A stretch of DNA of 61,502 nucleotides, counting the filler, from Sphacelaria rigidula (Eukaryota): NCBI GenBank assembly GCA_964200075.2. It is 5 parts of 5 records of this genome, joined end to end, with 100 filler letters (N's around TTAATTAATTAA, not from the genome) between each part and the next. Parts side by side here need not be neighbours in the genome. Positions count along the whole stretch, not along the records: positions 12,322 to 24,542 come from CAXNAA020003991.1; 4 more parts are not named here. The stretch is one strand, 5' to 3'. A model generated the notes under the pieces. It had not been told where the DNA came from. It saw nothing but the letters and a program-made list of their open reading frames with translations, and searched no databases. Shown piece after piece: positions 12,570-24,642 of the stretch; the stretch's first letter is position 1; each line of letters begins with the position of its first letter. The translations under genes were made by a program, and so were the position numbers.

Positions 12570-15500
12570 TCATTTTGATGTTAGTATTCTGCATTGCCAG
12601 TGTGCACTCCACATATTGCCTCTCACCACTATTTCTTGGTGATGATCGCCGCTCCCATTTTCTTGTCGTGCACCCGCTCTCATCACGAGACTGACATGCG
12701 TAACACCAGCATAGGCACTAGTCGTGATCCTCAATTCCTCCCATTCGGGGGGGGTTCGAGAGGAATCAATGGCGTGACGTAGTTGTCGAAGGACGTCCGC
12801 TTTGAGAGCGTCTTGTGCCGACGCCTCGAGGCTGTCGAATACGATTCCTTCCGTCTCGAACGTTTTGCTGAGCTGCGGGAAGAGCAAGGGTTTCAAGTGT
12901 ACTTCATTCCGGCGGCAAGTCGCGTGATTTAGATTTACGGTCACCAGATATATCTCTGAAGTCGAGCATTTCGCGTTGGCCGCATGCCCTGCTACTCGTT
13001 AGGAACTGCTGGAATTTGTTGCAAGGGAGGGTCCCGGTACAACACATCAACGGTTGTCATACCTGGCATATTCCCGAAGCCAGCATGCTTAGAATAACGT
13101 CCGGATTCTCCATATCCTGAAGCGAAAAATAGAACACGGTTGTCCAGCGCAGAGACAGGCCATGAGAGACGCATGGATGAAGCATGAGGTCAGGACGTGG
13201 CATCTACAACCTATTGCTCGCCGACGGACACGATACTCGGGGGGTCAGACGACTTGAACTTTTCGGAGTTTCCGTCTTAGTGCCCACAACCCGAGTCTCA
13301 ACGAGTTCGAACAAACTCGCGCCACTCACACACCACACCTGCATCACGTCAAACATCTGCACGCATGCTGCAAGTGAAACACCATGTCCGTCGAGAACGT
13401 CGTGAACGGCCGCGTTACGTTCAAGATCGACCACGCCTCCTGTCTTTCCCTCGCCCACGGATGCCGCCGGAAGATACGAGCGGCCTTTCACGATCATGAC
13501 GCACTTTCCATCTTGCACCCTGCGCGGGGTTGAACGGTGCGTGACGGCAGCGATTCAATGTCTAAGTTGAAAACACAAAGCACTGTGGATTGGTGATTCG
13601 CCGCTTGTGCATGTTTGTAACCCGATCACATCCGCGTTCACGGAAAGTTAGCTTTTACGTGTTCCACTGCGTTCGCTTCTCAGCCTTCCTCTACTCCGGT
13701 GTGTTTCGGGGACGTTCGATCCGTCCATGCTTAAATACCAGAACGACACAGACGACGAAGGAGATAAAAGGCAGATCGTCCAGCACTGCCAGTCTTGCTG
13801 GAAACCCCAACATGTAACGTGTCCGTGTCAAATGTTTCGGAACGCGGTGCCCGGATATCAGCAGTGAGTATAACATGTTGATGGAAGTTGTCAGCGCATG
13901 AACTTAGAGTCACGTTTCCTCGGTGACACTTGGGATCAGGATCTCAACCAGAGCCTTGTGCAGAAACACTTTCTACCAAGCATGACGATCACCATGGCCA
14001 CTCGAATGCCCTCACCTCAACCTAACCATTGCTCGCCGAATTGGTCGTTTCCGTGCCAAAACTCCTGTCGCCGGCAAACCCAACTCTTCTGCTTCGTCAC
14101 ATTCCATTTTCAGTGGAATCCACGTTACGATTGCCGTGCAGTCGAAGTTTAACAGGAAGGCTACGTCCCTACAAGCTGCGTCTGCCCTCACCGTTGATAC
14201 TTGTGCATCATCAGTAGCAAGGCCTGAGGCTTTGAGTCCTCCTGCTCTTGCAGAACCGACCATGGGGTCCCCTGGATGGAAGGACGGCGCCGCTGTCTGC
14301 TCAGCACCGTTCAAAGGGGTGTTCAGCTTCAATGGGATACTTTGCTTGTCGAACGGGTGGTCGTGTGACTCGGCATCGTCATTTGTTTGAAGCTGCTCTG
14401 CAGGCTGTTCAGCTGTCGCATTTTCCATCGCTGCCGCTGCCGCCTTTCTGTACGACTCATTCTCTTCCGCCTCTTGCGCTACATTGACAACCACGCCACC
14501 AACGATGCCGTCGAAAACGACCCGGATCATATTCCCCAGTTCTGCAGCAGCTTCTACGGCTACTGCCACCGCTTCCCGGGCCACTAAATCCTTCCACGCC
14601 GCGCAGAACATCACCAGCTGCCGGAAGAGTTCATGACTTTCCGGGGAGACACATGCGAGTAACTTTACGTTCACAACGCTCATGGAATAGTAGTCTTTGT
14701 TCCGGCCCTCGTGGGCCTTCATCGCTGTGTCCTTCGATCCTTCATCATCGTTACCACGACCACCTGCCGTCGTCTCACAGGCGCTTTCAGATAAACCACT
14801 GGTGCTCGGGAAAACGGGTGGTGATGTTGGCGCATGTTCATCGATTGCGACGGTTATGTTCGCGCCATCCGCGCCAAGGGTACTTTTTTGGATATACACG
14901 ACTTTACTCTTCAAGTCTACCCATCTAGCGACACCTTTCGTCCACGCTGGCTTCACCCCTCCCTCCTGAACGCCGTCTTCTTGCTGATCCTCCAACCTTG
15001 GAACACCTTCTCTATCCTTTCCACTCTCAAACTGCTGTCCTGTGCCGCCAGAGTGCTGAGGCAGAAATTCCACCAGGAACTCGACACGCGCCAAGGCACG
15101 CGAGTACTCTGAATTGAGGGTACTCTGTTTCTCGACTTCCTCCTTTCCCCCCGGCCGTTTTGTCGAAGCCAACTCACGGCGAAGAGATCGACAGCAAGGA
15201 GTCGGCGCTTTCTTAAGAGAGCCGAGAAGATACAGGCATTCACGATCGCGCGTTAAGTCGCACGCACGCTTCCCAGCAAAATCCTGCGCCAGCAAGTGTA
15301 CGAGAATGGTGCAAGGGTAGTGGAAGGGGCGTCGAGAGGTTAACTTCATGCGGACCCGACCCTTCGGCGTGTTCAAACCTCCGTAGTTTCGCATGATGGC
15401 TTGCCTGAATAGCAAGTGCATTGTCCGCAACCCTCTGTAGCCTTTAAGGATAGCGCTTGTGAGTACTGCCTATAAGGTGCTGTAAACCCGCCGTGATCGT

Positions 15501-18500
15501 ACTCGCAGCAAGTACCGCCTTCACATCGTGTACTATTGGTGCAACGCTTGCTCGATCATGACCTCTCGTGCGATCCGGTACACTTGTTCTCCATGCAGAG
15601 ATACGTCATCACGTGTATGCTATGATGCATAAGTGATATGACAGTGCCGCCGCATGGGCCTTTCTCCCAATATCTCAGTCTCACCAGAAACGCGTAGCTC
15701 CACCCAACAGAATGAGTGCGTAGGTCTCAGATTCAGCTGGAACCCTCATCTAGACCGTAAAAGTTGCACATGGACGTCCACCGGCGACACATGGAGCGCC
15801 CATCTGATGGGCTCACGTCAATGCGGAACCTCTATCGAGGATACCCCAGGGTCGCCATTGCACATACTGCACGTTAACCTAGATGTGTCCCCGAGAAGCG
15901 CACACTACGTTGCGCTCTACCAGCGCGCACAAACCGAGATGTTTCGTCACCAGCAAGTACTGCACTTCGTTCTACCCACTCTCGCTAGCCCATACGTATC
16001 TTCCTTAGGCCACAGGATCGTTCCTGGGTCTGGGTCACGGTCAGGGTCAGGGATAGAATTCGGGAGAGTTGGTTCGGCACGGACCTGCACCCCAAGCATG
16101 TCGCCCGGAAACGATGAATCGTATTAGCAGATGGGTCCATGCATTCTCAACAAGCCCACGCGGGCGCCCACCTGAGACGTCCCAGATGGACGCATCGCGT
16201 TTCACATGGGAGTTACAGGTGAATGTTCACATTCCTGATGAAGGCCCACGTCCCGCACGGACGTTCAAGTCTCACACGGACCTCCCACATGGAGCCGAGG
16301 TCCCAGATGGAGGTCTCAAGTTACACGTGGATGGGTGTTCCACAATATGTGAGAAATGAGCTTCCACGTTCATCACAAACTTGCACAACAACGCAGGCCT
16401 TCCATCAGCTTCCTTACCTTGATGTGAACTTTAGCTCCCCTTTCGAGAAGCAGTTGCACCAGATGTGCGTCCCCTCGCATAGCGGCGTGGTGGAGCGCTG
16501 TCTTTCCTCCCTCGAACTGAGCGGATTCGAGTGCTCGATTCGCGTCCAAAGTGCGGACGAGCTCCGCCTCAGCTTCCTGCACCTTGCTCTCCGTCGTGGC
16601 CGCTTGCTGGCGGTCGATGTTGCAATTACAACGCAGCGCTGCGTGAGCGTGTAGACGGATTAGACAAGGTAGCACTGAGCAAGCAGTGGATGAAACCACT
16701 CGTTAATACAGCTCCCCCGGCAGGAGACCACACCTAGCAGAATACAGACTCACCTAACCTACACAATAGAACGCCTGAGCTCAACTCTTTTTCTCACCGA
16801 GAAACTCTTGCGAAACCACTGTGCGATTAGCGCCGCACTCAGCAACTCGGAAAGGTTCGGTTGGGGGGCTTCTCGATCTTGTTCATTGCCCAAACGTTCA
16901 TCTCGTGTGTCTCCCAATCGATCATTCTTTGCCGGACCGATGTTCCACGGAACGCTTGTGAGATCTCTGGCGCGCATTACCGTTTCCCTTCTCTGCCGCC
17001 TCAACTTCACGGCCTGCACGATGTCGGACACTGTCAAACTCGATTTTTCCTCGAACCCTGAGTTCGCAAAGGCAAACAACAAGGCCTCTTCCACGGAGAA
17101 GGTGGAGCACGCTACGCTCGTTCCCGTCTTCTGCGATGGTAGCTGGGCAGACACGAGTACTTCTGCCCCCTGCCGCGCTACCATCCACCCCGCATCGGTG
17201 ACGACGGATCCAGCGCCACCCAACTGCGGGGGTGTCGAGTTCACGGTTGCAGCAACTCGAGGCAGTGCTTGCAGCAGGGCACGATCGAATGAATCAGGCC
17301 GTGAATTGATAGCGCACCGGTAAGGCGGGGTCTGAGACGGATCCGCACATGATAGCATATTTTGGGTGCTAAGTGGACGTTTGGAGGTTGTCGTGCAATT
17401 ATCTCCTCTTGATGACACTTCATCATCGTTGATTTTTGTATTCCCTGATATATTCGTGTTCCCCGTCCTTCTGCCCAGCACGAGGCCGAACGCCTCTGAC
17501 CGAAGATTTGCCCACAATGAGGTCGCGGCGGATAACGTTGCGCTAATATCATTCCCTTGCCTTGATCCGGCGGCTCTGGTCTCGTCATGTACGACCATCG
17601 TATCCAGCGCCGCGCCAGATCGGCCTTCCTTATGGTGCCCCGCCGTCGGTTCGGTGCCATTATCAACCATTTCATCCACCACTGCGGCAGGTTGATCGCC
17701 CCTATAGTTTCCGGAGTTTGCCGTGGCTAGCTCTATTGTTGTACTCTCTGGTTTCACACAATGATGGGGAACTACAATCCCCTCCTCCACGGCTTCGACA
17801 ATCTGCCAAAGAACCGCTCCGGCAATCCACCGCTCAACGTCTACGATTCCAGCGCGTGCGGCGGCAACCCAGAGGCGGCTCCCCGACACGTGGGTGTTTA
17901 GACCACCGCTGCCTGCAAGCTCTTGCACGTTCATGAAGGCGGAATCGGCGCAAGCTGCCACCCCGGTAGTGCAAAAGACGTGCAACGCAAACCTGTGTCC
18001 AGGGAGAATCGATTGGTATCATCACTGCTATAGGTCAGACGGTAGGCGCGATTGAATGCATCTCGTCCATACCAGCCTCTTGATGTCTACAGTTTCAAGC
18101 GCGCGTCGCTGCAGAGTGTAAGTGTTGCACGCTTCTCTTTTTACCAACTCGAAGTGGTGTACCATAAATGGGTCCGTGGCACGGGTAATGAAAAGCAAAC
18201 AACGGTGTGTACCCAGAAGCGCGAGCACCATGAAGATCGTTGGCATGCGCGTGGCGCTTCCATCTCAGGGGTAGGGCGGCTGAATGCAGCTCAAAAGGTT
18301 GAGGGTTCAAATTCGTCTGAACGCTCCCATAACTATATGGGGTCGGACGGATGCGCGTTCGAATTCCCGGCAGATTCAATCGGGCTCTCTCTTCCGCGAA
18401 GTATCTGATGCCCGTGGTTGAAGACTTGAGAACGCGAGTAGCAAAATGGAAAGTGTATTTGACGAGAGTCGGGACAGGGTGCGGGAGCGCGGGCTCAATC

Positions 18501-21500
18501 CGCGATACCAAAATGCAAAGGATGTACAGCGGGGGCGACGGGTTGATCCCTTGAAACCACGGACTCTGCCAGAGGAACGGGAGGGTTCGAGTGTGAGACG
18601 ACGGGAAAACAAAAAGTACTGTGGATTTTGTTTGTCCTCGCGCCCCCGTGGTGAAATGATGAAACGGATACTATTAGCATAGATAAAAACGCGGGTCTGA
18701 CTCCCGCCAGGTGCGTCTACCTTTTTCCTTCGAAGTATCTTAATTCGATCGTTCAAAGCGTGAGGATGTGAGTAGTGAAACTTTAATAGAGTCTGTTTGA
18801 CCTGAGACTGTTAGGTTGTTGTGAAGAGATCGGCGCGGTGTGGGAGTACAAATCCAAAACCGCGAGACCGAAATAAAAGGCGTGAACTGGGGGAGAGACA
18901 CGTTGATCCCTCGAGACCACGGACTCGTCCTGAGGAAGGGGTGTACTCATGATCATGCATGCCATAGTCATGTGACCATTGACCTCGCCGTCCAGAGGGA
19001 GGGGAAGAGGTCGGACGTGTGGCGAAAAAAACAAACTTTGCGTATGTGTAGACGAAACCAACATATTTTTGTTTACCCCTGCGGTCTCACCGGTCGATCG
19101 GCCAGCAGGTGACCACAGCTGGCGGAGGCTCCGTTCCAACAACGTTTCCATCGCCGGCAAGGCTTCCACCGCGGTTTCCGAGATCTACCACGAACTCCGG
19201 CGTTGCGTTCGCTACGGATGAGGGTAGGTCAACTTCACCATCAGTGTCGAAAGCTGATCGAAGCAGCTCTAACCTCTCGTTGATTCGGCGGAGGCACGAA
19301 GGTCTAAACCGTCCTCGATAGGGTACAATTCCCGTCGTGACAGCGGCCGCAGCGCAACCCGCATGATCAGGAGGATCGACACCAGATTCTCGTTGACGCG
19401 TCGTCCCTACGTTCTGAGCGATACCATGCTCGATAGCGTGGGATGAAGAGTCCCCATTTGTTTTCACGCGGCTAAGGTGCGCAAATACAGAACAGTCGTC
19501 TTCGCTGGACGTTGGTGACAAAAAACATGTCCGGTGATCGCCGACGTTGGCATGCTGGTCTTGCACGGCACCTTGGCTGTCAGCCGGCGGAACTTCCATA
19601 TTCGCGACGGCGTTGTCGGGCGTCAATGGATTGTTCGCGGGCCTTTCAAACGCTTCTTGAGCGCGCCGTATCCGTTTTACAAGGGCCAGGGCCGACCTGG
19701 GTGCTGTATCGTCGAGGTACCGTTTGATGAAATCCTTTTTGTTACCATTCTCACTCATAGGTTTCGGCATGTTGCTCGCATGCGTCCGGTCCTCTTCATT
19801 CTTACACAAGATTCTCGTGTGCCGCCCCATCTGAGAGATTTCAGTTTGTAGACGTTTCACTAGCATGACGTGCTGTCGGAGAACCTCGGGGGTGTTTCCT
19901 CTTCTCGAATCGAACGATCCCTGCCCTTGACATGCCGAAGTCCCTCTTTGACAACGGTCGGTAAGATATTTCGAGCTCCGGTGGATATCAGCCGTTGGCG
20001 AGATAGGACATTTGAGGCCATGGATGAGCAATCCACTGCGACTACTCCTACGTCGATGGTGCTTGAATTGGCTAGCTTGCTGCTGCTTGCGCAGCTCTGC
20101 GTCTTCTACGCATCGCAAAGCCTCCTTCAAGTGCTCCGCGGCCAGTGCAAGCTTCGCGACTTGTTGTCCTATCTGTCTAGCAATAACTACCAGTCCTGCA
20201 CCACTATCAGCGTGTCCTTCCACCTGTCTCGGCTGGAAAACGGAGTGAGTACTACGGCCGGCAACATTTTTATTATCGCATTCGTCAATGCAATGACCAC
20301 GATCAACCGGGTGAGCCTCCGGAGTGTGTTCGCCGTTGGTTCTCGCTGTGGAGGTCCGACGACGCATTTCATCCGCGTCTCCCGACACGACTTCGGCCTC
20401 ATGAGCGACCTCATCTCTCAACGCCGACAAAGCCTTTTGAAGAGTATCCACATCTCTCTGGAGCGAACCTGTGTGTTTCTGCCACATCCTCTCAGCCCCT
20501 TCGTCATCTTGTTCTCCCCACCCTAACCGTACGCGATCTATAGCCGCCTTTTCGGTTACGCTTTCAAGAGTTGCTTGAAGGATGCCAACCGTCGAGTTTA
20601 TGGACGCCTCGAGAGTATTCGACAGCTCTCGGGCTTCGATCTCCGACTTTGACATCGCAGCTTCGGTTTTGTTGAGGGCTGTTCGAGGACTTACGAGCAG
20701 ACCAGCAGCCTCGAGAGATTCCTCAGGTAACTTCCTTAGCCACGAGAAAAAGTCCGCAGTCGACACAGCGGAGTCATATTTTTTTGTCCCCAGGGAAGGA
20801 CGCGCGCCGAACTTTGTCTTCATGACACCGCTGTTCTCCCCCGGCAAACATGTCGATCCCAAACTTGGTGTTAGGACAGCAGCAATATATGAGCGTAAGA
20901 TCCCCGGGAAATGTCTTTCAGCGAGAGTACCAAGCCCTTCTATCGACAACCGTCTCCCCTGTTTGTCGCTCGATCCAGCAGTCAACCGCGTAATATCATC
21001 GTCGGGTCTCACCGTCGGCAAAGTATTTGGATCGTCACGAGCTCTACCTACCACGGTTTCTGCGTATCTATCGAAAAGATGGCTGGCAGCCGACAGGTCT
21101 ACCACTCCGTGTGTTCGTGGTTCGAAGCTTAATATCGGAGATCCAGGCCCCTCCACTGCCTTCCGTGTCGTGCTCGACAACTCCAATGACACAGGCCGAC
21201 CCAATTCTTCGCGCTCGACACGATCGCCCGATGGATAATAGTCGATATTTTTTTGTATCGTCTGCACATCAGCCTTTCGCCGGAGGAACTCCCTGACATC
21301 TTCAGCACGGGAAATTGCTTGTGCCCTAGAAAGCACGAGGCTCGCCATGCGCACAACTACATGTCCACACTTTCCGAACGTTTCTTGTTGCAGTGAGCTC
21401 TGTCTGCCCACGGAAATCATACCTCCCCCGTTGCCCTTGGACCTGCCTTCTCTTGCTACGTGATTGCTGGATACGCCGACGCACAACGTATACACAGCGA

Positions 21501-24418
21501 CACCGGGAACGTTTTCGATCGGTTCAGTCTCATTGGTGTCACAATCGGTGCTCGTGTGTCGGTAGCCCGCTCGCTCGGCAAACGATGACAAGTGTTCGCC
21601 CGCGGTGGTCGCTAGTACCACTGTTTCCGCCGAACCTGCTCCCGTCAGGTCTGCGTTGGCATCGGATAGACGCAATTCGACTGTCGCGTTTTCCTGGTCC
21701 AAGGATGATGATTCGGCACGTATGCCAGCGGCCGAAAACTCCACATGTTCGTCCCACACAATGTAGGTTGGTCCCCCGGATGCCGTGCTACTACTACCAG
21801 CGGCGGCCGATGATGGCAACGGAAGAGGTATGTCAACCCGCGATTTTGGTGAGTGAAGACCGCCCAGGTGGGATTGGTCGCCGCGTCGAGGACGTGTATT
21901 GCGAGTACGAACAGGCTTGGTCGACACTCGTGTTTCCAGCCGTCCTCGGCGGGAAAATCTGATGGTCAAGTACAACGCTGCGTCAGGCCGGCAAGCCGGC
22001 ACAAAGGCGTCCCACACGTGTAGATAGAAAAGCAAATCCGACTCCGACGAATCGCTTTTTAATGGAATGTTGGTGTCGATGTGGTGAGCAGCAACCGACA
22101 AGCCCAACTCCCTGTCAGGCGAAGTACTCTCTCTGCGCCCCAGGACATCGCCTTTGCCTTGTCCATTGTTGGCGACGAGGTTTGGCGCTTCCTGATCTCT
22201 TTCACCGCTTGCACTCCTCGGCCCCGTCTGTGCGCGCCCTTCTGGCGAAAGTCCAGGCAGGGTATCAACCGCCGGGCAGGGCAGGTAGGCAAAAGCTATC
22301 CACACCTCCCCAACAATGCGCATCGAAGTCTTGCTTGCCTTCCTGTACTCATCGCCTAGCTGTCGCCATTTGTTTCCACGTAAGGGTGCCAGAAGTGGGC
22401 ACCACCTCCCAGTGTTTCCGCAGTGAGTTAGATCACCCGCTGAGAGCTCCGCAGTACCAATTTCTCCAGCGAATTCCCGGGAGGTGTGCGCGCTACGACT
22501 CGTGCGGATCGCGTCATCGCACAAGACTACCAGCAGCGAGTTGAGCGCGGCTGATCGTGAAGATGAAGCGTTGCTTGTTGGAGCTGGAAAGAGCGGGCTG
22601 GTGTCCGCGCTAACGTTCCACAGAAGAAAGCCATCCGCGGCTGTGAAACACGAGAAGAGAGAACAGTCAAGGACATGCCGTCGGCGGTGCGAATATTTGG
22701 CCGACTTTGCGAAAGTACACGACCCCTCATAGAGCGCAGTTTCTCGGTCACCACCTGCACTGTAAGTATCGGACAAGCACACACACACACGGTCGCAGTT
22801 TTATGTGCTACACGAGGGCCCCAGGGTCATCGTAAGCAGGCCGAAAAGGAAACGTGACTTGCCAGCCTATACGACGCACCTGTGGGACGCCTGGGCGCCG
22901 AAGAAATCCGCGTCACGTCTCCTGTGGTGCCGCAGCGAACATACAGTCGGATTTCTGCCAGCTTCAACACCATGTCCACGTCGCACAAACTGCTGGCCAC
23001 CACAAAGCAGGTGGGAACAGTTATCGTTGACTCCGCATGTTGCGTCCATGGTGGCTTCCCGAACGTCATACTTACGGCGCTGCTGACCTCGGTTGAATCA
23101 TGCACGTCTTTCCCAGCAGCCCCGGCGATCATGGGTACGACAGGTACACTTGGTGGGGTCTTCGAGGCCACGTGCACGTCGACTATCCCCGTATCCAGCG
23201 ATGTCTGCTTTTCAAGGTGGCCACCTGTGAGCAGTTGCGTTGATCGCGAATAGCGCTATGCTGTCGCCACTTGTAGGCAGTTTAAGAAAGAACACTACCT
23301 CGAAGGGTTTCATGGTAGAAGATTTCGTTATAACTTAGGATGAAGTCCATAGATAGCAGAGGTAGAAGTGCGGGTGACTGCAAGCCACCATACCCTATAT
23401 TGTGGCACTGCGCATCGATTTGGAAAAGATACACGATTAGGACGAATCATTACGGGTTCGAATCACCAAAGCCACGATTTCTTCGGCCTGAATGCCCAAA
23501 AGGGAGACAAAAGTTGACCGCTGGTCCAAGGGGTATTCACGCAAGGGTTTGCGCCATTTCACGTATCTGGGCTGTGTGTACCTGGGTTGCAACGCTGAAA
23601 ACAAAGCCTAGGGATTGATTCGTACGATTCGAATCAATTACACTAAGACCAAGTAATTTTCAGACAAATCATTGATTCGTCTGACCCTTGAAAGATACAA
23701 GATCCCTCGAAATGATTATCGCATCAATGTGGAGAAGCACGTCGCCGAGCTTGGAGTTACACGCTAGCCTGAGGACTGATCTCCAAGCACATTACAAAAA
23801 GACATCTCCTGGCGTTCGAGTCGTTGCTGCCCCCGTCTGCGCTCCACAGCGCATCAATACTATTAACAGGAAATCGCGTGTTATCGGTCAGCATGTAAGG
23901 CACGCTACGTCAGTCGTCGGAAGAAGCCGAGGGAGAGAGACGTGTATGCGCACGTAACACCTCGCGGGCCCGTGCGACTCTTACACGAATCGTGCTGCTG
24001 TTCTCAGCTGGGAATCAAGCGCTCGCACGATTCGAAAGCGCTGTGCCGGCTCGTACTCCGTTTTCGGATGATGGAACGTTGTACTGTACACTGCTGTGCA
24101 GATGACATGTTGCTACATATCGTGTGCTTCTTGGAGCTATGGCACTCAAGCACAAGACTACTTGCGTGTGAGAAATCCATGACGCCTCCCCAAAGTCCAG
24201 ATGTCTCAGCGTCAACGGAAGTGCATTAACTTACGATGGCGCTCTTATCGCCAAGGATTTTTCCGCACATCCGGAAACCAAATCTTGCCAAACGTTGTTG
24301 GCTGCCGCATTCCAACTCCGCCCGGACCAAGAACCTACGCCGAAATCACTTTTTCGACGGCGTCCCGAAAGCGTATTGTCGGAAACCGTGACTGCTGATG
24401 ATTTGACCACAAGCAAAC
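12570..24418 (-). CDS. Large spliced gene (5'-incomplete): C2-like domain, coiled coil and ankyrin repeat; function unknown
   Basis: Candidate exons: 24418-24235, ~23230-22880, ~22750/22640-19091 (1233-aa ORF; LHVWDA..LYLTIRF..STKPV..IVWDEHVEF is C2-like), 18404-18213, 17992-16798, ~16635-16418 (GKTALHHAAMRGDAHLVQLLLERGAKVHIK), 15283-~14170 (DFAGKRACDL completes the ankyrin repeat across the intron), ~13520-13200 and ~12989-12570. Phases checked for 19091/18404, 18213/17992 and 16418/15283. Confidence 0.7.
15740..16350. repeat. Degenerate CCCAGATGGA-type minisatellite in an intron
   Basis: Recurring cccagatgga/cacatgga motifs; a similar array lies at 61310-61430. Confidence 0.55.
18455..18602 (-). 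mobile_element. Interspersed repeat (GTTGATCCCTTGAGACCACGGACTC family); possible SINE or LINE 3' end
   Basis: Homologous copies at ~18835-18940, 25310-25425, 41955-42095, 57465-57610 and 57640-57710, and inverted at 58265-58340. Confidence 0.75.
23432..23690. mobile_element. MITE with CA..TG termini and 7-8 bp TSD (P- or hAT-like)
   Basis: Imperfect TIRs CACGATTAGGACGAATCA / TGATTCGTCTGACCCTTG. AAAGATA flanks both sides. Second copy at 46901-47167. Confidence 0.85.
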
Positions 24419-24542
24419 CTGGACGAAGGAAACGGAAAATGGATTCAAGTTGTGCTATGCTTCTTTACAAATATTTCATGTTCACTTAGGCAGGACGTGT
24501 ACTTATGATCACGAATGCCATAGTCATCAGACCATTGACCTC

Positions 24543-24642
24543 NNNNNNNNNNNNNNNNNNNNNNNNNNNNNNNNNNNNNNNNNNNNTTAATTAATTAANN
24601 NNNNNNNNNNNNNNNNNNNNNNNNNNNNNNNNNNNNNNNNNN
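24543..24642. other. Artificial contig linker
   Basis: N44-TTAATTAATTAA-N44. Confidence 0.98.

Noticed and set aside
19109..22732. Plus-strand ORFs of 100-218 aa
   Set aside because: They are antisense shadows of the long minus-strand exon, with no recognisable motifs.
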